Positions 25,401 through 32,287 of a stretch of 52,467 bases of DNA are shown in pieces. The stretch lies in NCBI GenBank assembly GCA_964636105.1, contig CAZWRD010000004.1:1-52467 (forward strand). Direction: 5' to 3'. The notes below the pieces were generated by a model, which saw only the letters and a list, made by a program, of their open reading frames with translations, made no database searches and had not been told where the DNA came from. Origin of the DNA: an uncultured Bacteroides sp. (GTDB taxonomy: Bacteria > Bacteroidota > Bacteroidia > Bacteroidales > JACABE01). Made by a program: the position numbers and the translations under genes. The stretch's first letter is position 1. Every line of letters begins with the position of its first letter.

Positions 25401-27527
25401 GAATCAGATGAAATAAATTTTGCATGTCAGATAGCCGATATTATTGCTATTGCAATTCAGAATCGAGAAAAAATTGCTAGTCAGAATATTATCAAAAAAA
25501 ATGAGCAACGTTTAAAAGGCTTATTAAGAATATCTCAAAGCAAATTTGATACAATTCAAGAATTATTAGATTTAGCACTTGAAGAAGCTGTATTATTGAC
25601 TAACAGCAAAATAGGTTTTATTTATCATTATAATGAAGAAACAAAATTATTTAAAAGAAATTCATGGTCAAAAAATGTTTTAAAAGAATGTGATATTAAA
25701 GCCTCTGAAAATACGAGATCTTATCATTTAGATAATATTGGCTTTTGGGGTGAAGCTATAAGACAAAGAAAACCTATTATCGATAATAATTTTCATTCAA
25801 CAGATGAATTAAAAAAAGGCTACCCCACTGGGCATTCTGTATTATATAATTTTTTAGGTATTCCAGTTTTTATTGACAATAAGATAGTTGCAACAGTAGG
25901 TGTAGCAAACAAAGATGGAAATTATGATGACACCGACATCATGCAATTAAAATTAATGATGGATACAGTATGGAAAATAGTTCAACGTAAAAATGACGAA
26001 GAAAAAATTCGTCAACTTTCGATGGGAATTGAACAAAGTCCAGCAATTATCATCATTACTGATAAGACAGGAAATATTGAATATGTTAACCCAATTTACT
26101 TAAAAATAACTGGTTACACTTCTTTTGAAATAATTGGTAAAAATATTAAAGACGAATTACCAAAAACAATTGAAAAAGAAGAATTTAAAGATCTTTGGGA
26201 TAAATTTTCAAATGAGAAAGAATGGCAAGGTGAATTTTTAAGTAAAAAGAAGAATGGCGAATTTTATTGGGTATCAACTATTATTTCTCCTATTAAAAAC
26301 GAGAAAAATGAAACAACTCATTATATAGGTGTTGGTGAAGATATTAGTGAAAGAAAAAAAATGATTTCGGAATTAATTGAAGCTAAAGAAAAAGCCGAAC
26401 AGGTTAGTTTATTAAAATCGAGATTATTAGCCAATATGAGCCATGAAATACGAACTCCACTAAATGGAATTTTAGGTTTTGCAGAGTTAATGAAAGATGA
26501 CATTGAAGATGAAAGCTATCAAATGATGGCTGAAACAATTCATTCAAGTGGAACTCGATTGATGCATACACTTAATTCTATTCTTGATTTATCATTAATT
26601 GAAACTGATTCTAGTAAATTAGAGTTACATAAAAAGGATTTAAATCTTTTATCAAAAGAGAGTTTTAATCTTTTTGTAGCTATGGCAAAAAAGAAAGACT
26701 TGCTTTTAATTTCGGAAATACCAAACGATAAAATGTTTGCAATTCTTGATGAAAATCTAGTAAATAAAATATTAAATAATTTGATAAATAATGCTATAAA
26801 ATTTACAAAGCAAGGTGAAATTAAGATAAAAACAACTTATCATATTATTGATAATAAAGAATTTGCATGCGTTGAAGTACACGATACCGGAATTGGAATT
26901 GACCAAAAACATTTGAATTTGATTTTTGAAGAATTCAGACAAGCAAGTGAAGGCACATCAAGAGCTTATGAAGGCACAGGTTTAGGTTTAAATATTTCGC
27001 TTCGTTTTGCAAAACTAATGGGAGGTAATATAACTGTTGAAAGTCAATTGAATAAAGGTTCTGTCTTTACCCTTTGGCTACCTGCTGTTGATCATGAAAT
27101 TTTTGCTGAAACCAGTTTGAAGCAAAACAAAACTGAAAAAATTTCATTTTCAAATTCAAAAAACAAGAAGGTTCTTGTGGTTGAAGATGATGAAGATAGC
27201 AGAAAATTGGTAAAGTTTATTCTGAAAAATTTTTGTGATTTAAATATTGTTGACTCAGCTGAAGCTGCTTTGAAAAACATTGATTTAGTAAAATATGATG
27301 CTATTTTGATGGATATTAGCCTAAAAGCTGGCATTAATGGAATGGAAGCTGTAAAATACATCAGAGATAAATCAATAAACAATAATACTCCAATAGCTGC
27401 ATTTACAGCAAATGCAATGACTGGGCATAAAGAAGAATATCTAAAAGCTGGATGTACTCATTATATTTCTAAACCATTTATGAAAGCAGATTTATTAAAT
27501 TTACTCAATAAAATGTTTAATTTTTAG
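22494..27527 (+). CDS. hybrid sensor histidine kinase / response regulator, 1677 aa (REC-PAS-GAF-PAS-PAS-PAS-GAF-GAF-PAS-HisKA-HATPase_c-REC)
   Basis: N-terminal REC ('ILIIEDS', 'IISDYSLP', D55). The PAS-terminal signature 'RDISERKK' or 'RDITE.KKA' recurs four times (aa ~251, ~534, ~807, ~1282). H-box 'MSHEIRTPLNGILGF' (H1317, nt 26442-26444). N/G boxes 'NLINNAIKFT', 'DTGIGI' and 'GTGLGLNIS'. C-terminal REC ('VLVVEDDEDS', 'ILMDISL' D1607, 'ISKPF'). Confidence 0.92.
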   Translation: MNTKILIIEDSNTDYEIIVREISKTIPLADFCKLDNKYDYIKYLHSFKPEIIISDYSLPSFTGLDAIEILKESKINIPLIIVTGSQNEDIAVECMKAGAIDYVLKDNIKRIGNSIVNALKQQAEFLNKLEIEKKLIESENSYKTIFNSTLEAIFIHNIETGLIIDLNESALKMFGYDDKELLINSETGLLSASFEPYTEKYAQELIKKSINEGVQVFEWLAKKKNNEFFWVEVSLKVAEINGNKRVLAVVRDISERKKSQDQLIRLNNCLANLGTSYEENIDQLTGIFGELLGASCTLYNRITDGMLCSIGQWNTPPDYNPIDKPDGHICYDVILKNSNKMFVVRDLQNTHYYSTDPNVKPYKLLTYIGKSVECEGESLGSLCAVFQEDIVPTIEHEQFITIIATAIGMQENRRKARKLLIESEERYRTLFSIAPTGIILEDENGMIIEANDMICKSSGYSREELINHSVKAFIKPDFHYFVEDNIKKILLGNTLIQEVESINKDGSTHNVELYEKRVLLPNGKQGILSISNYITERKNAEKLVIKERDNLNNILYSSPIAMLVIDEEKSITYANPASEDLFNKKKEELINKKCGEILECYNRFIEKSECGNGIACKNCLININIENALKEFKEFKDFESELSVLFDNSIINKWLKVSIKPLLLNDRKSIIIAMSDITELKSAFKQIKDNEEKLKNLINATPDSICFKDHLGKWITANDSILKTFNLQQQDYYNKTDFELAEYTSEIYKESFRNCAESDEIAYQKKEACRSEENIPDINGNLRYFDVIKVPLFNEDDSKKGLVVFGRDITEMKKAKDELNCMLDRIEKQKNLIAELSISPLQSNGSIDEFAYIITENISKIFGISQVSIWLLDDDSEKLMCSDLYNNLTQAHIENNPISRNEFKNEFKAFLNSKYIDANNPITDDRTKGLSDKYLIPLNIKSLLDASIIVSGKTMGIVCFEFINEEHKWESDEINFACQIADIIAIAIQNREKIASQNIIKKNEQRLKGLLRISQSKFDTIQELLDLALEEAVLLTNSKIGFIYHYNEETKLFKRNSWSKNVLKECDIKASENTRSYHLDNIGFWGEAIRQRKPIIDNNFHSTDELKKGYPTGHSVLYNFLGIPVFIDNKIVATVGVANKDGNYDDTDIMQLKLMMDTVWKIVQRKNDEEKIRQLSMGIEQSPAIIIITDKTGNIEYVNPIYLKITGYTSFEIIGKNIKDELPKTIEKEEFKDLWDKFSNEKEWQGEFLSKKKNGEFYWVSTIISPIKNEKNETTHYIGVGEDISERKKMISELIEAKEKAEQVSLLKSRLLANMSHEIRTPLNGILGFAELMKDDIEDESYQMMAETIHSSGTRLMHTLNSILDLSLIETDSSKLELHKKDLNLLSKESFNLFVAMAKKKDLLLISEIPNDKMFAILDENLVNKILNNLINNAIKFTKQGEIKIKTTYHIIDNKEFACVEVHDTGIGIDQKHLNLIFEEFRQASEGTSRAYEGTGLGLNISLRFAKLMGGNITVESQLNKGSVFTLWLPAVDHEIFAETSLKQNKTEKISFSNSKNKKVLVVEDDEDSRKLVKFILKNFCDLNIVDSAEAALKNIDLVKYDAILMDISLKAGINGMEAVKYIRDKSINNNTPIAAFTANAMTGHKEEYLKAGCTHYISKPFMKADLLNLLNKMFNF

Positions 27528-27645
27528 AAAATTAAAAACGCCAAAAATTATATTTGATTAAATAATTGATAATTAGTTTTTGGATAATTTCTGGAATTAA
27601 TGAAATAAAATGGATACAATACATATCTTGTTTTTATTTTTTTTT

Positions 27646-27653
27646 TAAATTTG
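27646..27653 (+). promoter_or_regulatory. -7 promoter box (TAAATTTG)
   Basis: It lies 24 nt upstream of the GTG start at 27677 and is preceded by a T10 tract. Confidence 0.35.
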
Positions 27654-27676
27654 CTTTTTAAATTTTTAAAAGAAAA

Positions 27677-28258
27677 GTGAAATTACATAAAGATTTTTAT
27701 CTAAATGAAAATGTGGTTGATATAGCTAAAAACTTGTTGGGAAAATATCTTTTTACCAATTTAAATGGATTTATTTGTGGTGGTTATATTACAGAAACAG
27801 AGGCTTATGCTGGGGTTACAGATAAAGCATCACATGCATATAATAATCGTAAAACAAGCCGAACTGAAATAATGTATAAAGAAGGAGGAATAGCCTATAT
27901 TTATTTATGTTATGGAATGTATTCGCTATTTAATGTTGTTAGCAATAAAGAAAATATTCCACATGCAGTATTAATTAGAGGTTTAACTGCCACTGAAGGA
28001 CTTGAAACAATTGCCCAAAGACTTAAAATTACTGATTTGAGTAAATATAAACTTAATGGACCAGGTAAATTAAGTAAAGCTCTCGGAATACATTATTCTC
28101 AATCAGGTATTAATTTGGAGGATAATGCTATTTGGATTGAAGATAGAGGATTGAATATCAAAGAAGAAAATATAAAAACAACTAAAAGGGTAGGAGTTGA
28201 TTATGCTCAAGAAGATGCAAATTTGCCTTACCGATTTATTTATAATCCAGTTAATTAA
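27677..28258 (+). CDS. DNA-3-methyladenine glycosylase (Mpg/AAG family)
   Basis: 'FY...VVDIAKNLLGKYL', 'ITETEAY', 'D.ASHA' and 'GGIAYIYLCYGMY..FNVV' are hallmarks of the AAG/Mpg family. GTG start. Confidence 0.87.
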   Translation: MKLHKDFYLNENVVDIAKNLLGKYLFTNLNGFICGGYITETEAYAGVTDKASHAYNNRKTSRTEIMYKEGGIAYIYLCYGMYSLFNVVSNKENIPHAVLIRGLTATEGLETIAQRLKITDLSKYKLNGPGKLSKALGIHYSQSGINLEDNAIWIEDRGLNIKEENIKTTKRVGVDYAQEDANLPYRFIYNPVN

Positions 28259-28280
28259 TTAAAATAGATTTTACATTTAA

Positions 28281-28979
28281 ATGAGAACTTTAGATTTAGA
28301 ACAAAAGAAAGAATTAAGTGAATATTTAAGTAATTTTGTTTCAGATAATAAAAAAAGTAAAATCAACGAAATTGTTCTAAAAAGAACTCGTCATTTAACG
28401 GTTGTTCTTGAAGATATTTTTCAATCACAAAATGCAAGTGCAGTTTTACGGACTTGTGATTGTTTTGGAATTCAAGATGTTCATATCATAGAAAACAGAT
28501 ATTTATATGAACTCAATCCTGATGTTGAACTTGGATCTGCAAAGTGGTTGAGTTTGAATAAATATAATTCAAATGAACATAATACTCTTGAAGCATTTGA
28601 AAATTTACGAAATAATGGATATAAAATAGTTGCAACCACACCTCATACCAATGATAAGCTTATAAATGATCTGAATGTTGATGACAAAATAGCACTTGTA
28701 TTTGGAACAGAAAGAGAAGGTTTGTCAGAAGTTGCAATGGAAAATGCAGATGCTTTTGTAAAAATTCCAATGTACGGATTTACTGAAAGTTTTAATATTT
28801 CGGTTTCAGCTGCTATGTCTGTTTTTTATTTAAGCGAAAAAATCAGAAATTCAAATATCAAATGGCAACTTAAAGAAGAAGAAATTTATGAGTTAAAAAT
28901 AAACTGGTTTTGTAATGTTATCAGAATGTCCGACAAAATTCTTGAAGATTTTTTCATCAAAAAAGCTTGGAAAATATAA
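28281..28979 (+). CDS. trmH: tRNA (guanosine(18)-2'-O)-methyltransferase, SpoU/TrmH family
   Basis: 'RTRHLTVVLEDIFQSQNASAVLRTCDCFG', 'LVFGTEREGLS' and 'IPMYGFTESFNISVSAA' are SpoU motifs 1-3. Confidence 0.8.
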   Translation: MRTLDLEQKKELSEYLSNFVSDNKKSKINEIVLKRTRHLTVVLEDIFQSQNASAVLRTCDCFGIQDVHIIENRYLYELNPDVELGSAKWLSLNKYNSNEHNTLEAFENLRNNGYKIVATTPHTNDKLINDLNVDDKIALVFGTEREGLSEVAMENADAFVKIPMYGFTESFNISVSAAMSVFYLSEKIRNSNIKWQLKEEEIYELKINWFCNVIRMSDKILEDFFIKKAWKI

Positions 28980-29069
28980 TTTTTTATTTTTCAATCAAAT
29001 AAGATGAGATTTTTTTACTACCTTTACAACGATTTTTATCAATTTAATTAATTTAATAGCTATAGATTT

Positions 29070-29255
29070 ATGGGTAAAGGTGACAAAAAAACAAGAAGGG
29101 GCAAAATAATTTTGGGAACTTCGGGTGTTAAACGTCCAAAAAACAAAAAGAAAACTATTCTAGATTCGAAAGTTGAAAAACCTGAAAAAGATATTATGGT
29201 TGAAAAAAAGCCCGTTAAAAAAACAAAAAAGAAAGAAGCAGAACCAACTGCCTAA
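29070..29255 (+). CDS. 30S ribosomal protein THX (bTHX) with Lys-rich C-terminal extension
   Basis: The N-terminus 'MGKGDKKTRRGKIILGTSGVKRPKNKKK' closely parallels Thermus THX '[25 protein letters not shown]'. Confidence 0.75.
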   Translation: MGKGDKKTRRGKIILGTSGVKRPKNKKKTILDSKVEKPEKDIMVEKKPVKKTKKKEAEPTA

Positions 29256-29258
29256 CTT

Positions 29259-29298
29259 CAAAAAAGAGATTGCTGTATAAAACAACAATCTCTTTTTT
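29259..29298. terminator. bidirectional rho-independent terminator (THX / photolyase convergent pair)
   Basis: Stem aagagattg (29263-29271) / caatctctt (29285-29293), with an A-run upstream and T-run 29292-29298. Confidence 0.7.
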
Positions 29299-29326
29299 TA
29301 TTTATTGAATTTTAGTTTATTATATC

Positions 29327-30622
29327 CTAAAATATTTTTTTATAAACTTTCAAGCACCTTTCCCTGGCAAATTTGTGATCAATCATGAATTTATAATTTA
29401 AATCATCAAATTCATTAATCCATTTTTTTATATAAATTAGTTGAGGATCAAATTTTTGTGTTTGAATAATCGGATTAAAAATTCTAAAATAAGGTGCTGC
29501 ATCACATCCACAACCAGCTGCCCATTGCCAATTTCCATTATTAGACGATAATTCATAATCGAGTAATTTACTTGCAAAATATGCTTCTCCCCACCGCCAA
29601 TCAATAAGTAAATGTTTACACAAAAAACTAGCAACAATCATTCTTACTCTATTGTGCATAAAGCCTGTAGCATTCAATTCTCGCATACCGGCATCAACAA
29701 TTCCATATCCTGTTTTTCCATTACACCAGTTATCAAAATCAGATTCATTATTCAACCATTCAATATTATTGTAAATTGGTTTAAATGCAGATTTTTCAAC
29801 GTAAGGAAAAGCTGATAAAATTTGCATGAAAAACTCTCTCCAAATTAATTCACTCATCCATACTTCATTGTGTAATTCAGCAATTTGAAATATTTTTCTA
29901 ATACTAATTGTTCCAAATCTAAGATGCAATCCCAAACCACTTGTTGGCAAATTGGGATTATTTCTATTCAAATCATAGTTTTTAATTATGTTTAAATCTA
30001 TCGTCTTAGAAGGAAATGAAAATGAAGTACTAATAAAACCCAAATCCTTTAATGAAATCAGGTTTGATGGCTTGATTTTCAAGAAGTTATTGGACAAATT
30101 TTCTGTATTTCGAATTTGTATTTTTTGCTCATAATACTTTATCAACCAAGTTTTTTTATAAAATCCAAAAACGGTATAAGGTGAATTGTCACTTTTTCTT
30201 ATTTCATTGGTTTCAAATATAACTTGATCTTTAAATAAATGAAATTCAATGTTTTGTTTAGTTAATAAATTCTCAATTTCTAAATCTCTATTTATTGCAT
30301 ATGGTTCGTAATCACGATTTGCAAATACATTTGCAACATTATATTTTTCAGTTATTTGCTTGAAAATATCAATTGGTTTTCCTTTAAAAATAAGTAAATC
30401 GGAATTGTATTTTTCTAAATCTTGTTTTAGTTTTCCCAACTCATTATAAATAAAACTCACTCTTGCATCTTTTTTGTCTGATAGTTTATCAAGTATTAAT
30501 GTGTCAAAAACAAAAACACAAAGCACTTTAAAACCGCTATTTTGAGCATGATAAAGAGCTGTATTATCATCAAATCTTAAATCACGTCTAAACCAAAAAA
30601 TACTTATTCTTTCTTTATTCAT
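29327..30622 (-). CDS. deoxyribodipyrimidine photolyase / cryptochrome family protein (FAD-binding)
   Basis: 'IFWFRRDLRFDDNTAL', 'WREFF', 'TGYGIVDAGMRELNATGFMHNRVRMIVASFL', 'NNGNWQWAAG.G.DAAPYFRIFNP'. Confidence 0.88.
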   Translation of the reverse strand: MNKERISIFWFRRDLRFDDNTALYHAQNSGFKVLCVFVFDTLILDKLSDKKDARVSFIYNELGKLKQDLEKYNSDLLIFKGKPIDIFKQITEKYNVANVFANRDYEPYAINRDLEIENLLTKQNIEFHLFKDQVIFETNEIRKSDNSPYTVFGFYKKTWLIKYYEQKIQIRNTENLSNNFLKIKPSNLISLKDLGFISTSFSFPSKTIDLNIIKNYDLNRNNPNLPTSGLGLHLRFGTISIRKIFQIAELHNEVWMSELIWREFFMQILSAFPYVEKSAFKPIYNNIEWLNNESDFDNWCNGKTGYGIVDAGMRELNATGFMHNRVRMIVASFLCKHLLIDWRWGEAYFASKLLDYELSSNNGNWQWAAGCGCDAAPYFRIFNPIIQTQKFDPQLIYIKKWINEFDDLNYKFMIDHKFARERCLKVYKKIF

Positions 30623-30778
30623 AACTACAGAATTCTAAATTTGTCTATTTTACAAAGTTAAATATTATGTTTAATAAAAAGTGTTTTGCAATTTTATTTC
30701 TTCAAGTTTTTACTTAATAAATTGGTATTCAAACAAAAAATAAAGATTTTTTAAAATATTAAGAATTTCAATAAATTA

Positions 30779-30838
30779 TTTGATACATAAAAATTATGTA
30801 TCAAAATATCGCTATTTTTATATAAATTGATACCTTTG
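30779..30838 (+). promoter_or_regulatory. 12-bp-arm perfect inverted repeat plus third half-site overlapping a -7 box (candidate operator/promoter of the AOS gene)
   Basis: tttgatacataa (30779-30790), aaa, ttatgtatcaaa (30794-30805). Half-site attgatac at 30826-30833. TACCTTTG -7 box at 30831-30838, 38 nt upstream of the GTG at 30876. Confidence 0.5.
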
Positions 30839-30875
30839 CAAAAAAATAGCATTTACTAATTAAAAAAATATAGTT

Positions 30876-32126
30876 GTGGATATATTCGACAAAATCAAGA
30901 AAAACTTTGGTCCTTTAGGACAATACGCTCAGAAAGCACATGGTTATTATATGTTTCCTAAACTTGAAGGCGAAATTTCGACAAGAATGAATTTTCGGGG
31001 AAAAGAAAGATTGGTTTGGAGTTTAAATAATTATTTGGGATTGGCAAATATGCCAGAAGTTCGCGATGCAGATGCTCAAGCTGCCAAAGATTGGGGATTA
31101 GCAGCTCCAATGGGAGCTCGCATGATGTCAGGTCAAACCAAATACCACGAACAATTAGAAAATGAGTTGGCTGAATTTGTTGGTAAAGAATCTGCATATC
31201 TATTAAATTTCGGTTATCAAGGAATGGTTTCAATTATTGATTCTTTAGTTGACAGAAAAGATGTAATAGTATATGATTCTGAAGCACATGCATGTATTAT
31301 TGATGGTATGCGTCTTCATTTGGGCAAACGATTTGTTTTTCCTCATAATAATATGGAAAGTTGTGAAAAACAATTACAAAGAGCAACAAAAGTAGCACAG
31401 GAAACTGGAGGCGGAATTTTAGTAATAACAGAAGGTGTTTTCGGAATGAGTGGCGATATGGGTAACCTTAAAGCTATTGTTGAAATGAAAAAGAAATATG
31501 ACTTCCGCTTATTAGTTGATGATGCACATGGTTTTGGAACAATGGGTGCAACAGGTGCCGGAACAGGAGAAGAACAAGATGTTCAAGATGGTATTGATGT
31601 GTATTTTGCAACTTTTGCAAAATCAATGGCAGGAATTGGTGCATTTGTAGCTGGCGAAGAAACTATTATTCGTTATTTAATGTATAATCTTCGCTCTCAA
31701 ATATATGCCAAATCGTTACCTATGCCTTTGGTAATTGGTTCTTTAAAAAGATTGGACCTAATTCGTACTCGTCCTGAATTAAAAGAAAAATTATGGACAA
31801 TTGTGCGTGCTTTACAAGGTGGATTAAAAGAAAGAGGTTTTAATTTAGGCAATACACAATCGCCTGTTACTCCAGTAGTTTTATCAGGAAGCGTGCCAGA
31901 AGCCACACAGTTGACTTTTGATTTACGCGAAAATTTCAACATTTTCTGTTCAATAGTCGCATATCCAGTTATTCCAAAAGGAACTATTATTATTCGATTG
32001 ATTCCCACGGCTATGCATACCTTAGAAGATGTAGAATATACTTTAGATGCTTTTTCAAAAATTAAGCACAAATTAGATTCAGGCGAATACGCTGCAGGAG
32101 AAATGATTGATGCAGCTTCAATGTAA
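30876..32126 (+). CDS. alpha-oxoamine synthase family PLP enzyme (BioF/Kbl/serine-palmitoyltransferase-like acyltransferase)
   Basis: 'NNYLGLANMPEV', 'DSEAHACIIDG', 'VDDAHGFG' and PLP-lysine 'ATFAKSMAGIGAFVAG'. GTG start. Substrate specificity cannot be read from the sequence. Confidence 0.85.
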   Translation: MDIFDKIKKNFGPLGQYAQKAHGYYMFPKLEGEISTRMNFRGKERLVWSLNNYLGLANMPEVRDADAQAAKDWGLAAPMGARMMSGQTKYHEQLENELAEFVGKESAYLLNFGYQGMVSIIDSLVDRKDVIVYDSEAHACIIDGMRLHLGKRFVFPHNNMESCEKQLQRATKVAQETGGGILVITEGVFGMSGDMGNLKAIVEMKKKYDFRLLVDDAHGFGTMGATGAGTGEEQDVQDGIDVYFATFAKSMAGIGAFVAGEETIIRYLMYNLRSQIYAKSLPMPLVIGSLKRLDLIRTRPELKEKLWTIVRALQGGLKERGFNLGNTQSPVTPVVLSGSVPEATQLTFDLRENFNIFCSIVAYPVIPKGTIIIRLIPTAMHTLEDVEYTLDAFSKIKHKLDSGEYAAGEMIDAASM

Positions 32127-32147
32127 ATTTAAAAATAAATAAAATTT

Positions 32148-32180
32148 AGCCCGTTTGAAAATTTTTAGACGGGCTTTTTT
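32148..32180 (+). terminator. rho-independent terminator
   Basis: Stem agcccgt (32148-32154) / acgggct (32169-32175), then T-run 32175-32180. Confidence 0.75.
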
Positions 32181-32287
32181 AATAACGTTTTTCAGGTATT
32201 CAAATAGCACAAACGCCTATCTAATACCAAAAATTTGATTTCAACCCACAAAATAAGTAGTTTTGCAAAATATATTTAAATCTAAAA

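Noticed and set aside
23491-27382. Six minus-strand ORFs of 60-104 aa inside the 1677-aa kinase gene
   Set aside because: Long stop-free antisense stretches are expected opposite a Lys/Glu/Asn-rich AT-rich gene. All are fully nested and low-complexity (Ser/Phe/Leu/Ile-rich).
30958-32071. Antisense ORFs (91 aa and 124 aa) inside the alpha-oxoamine synthase gene
   Set aside because: They lie opposite a clearly real CDS, have no start context or -7 box, and have non-protein-like composition.
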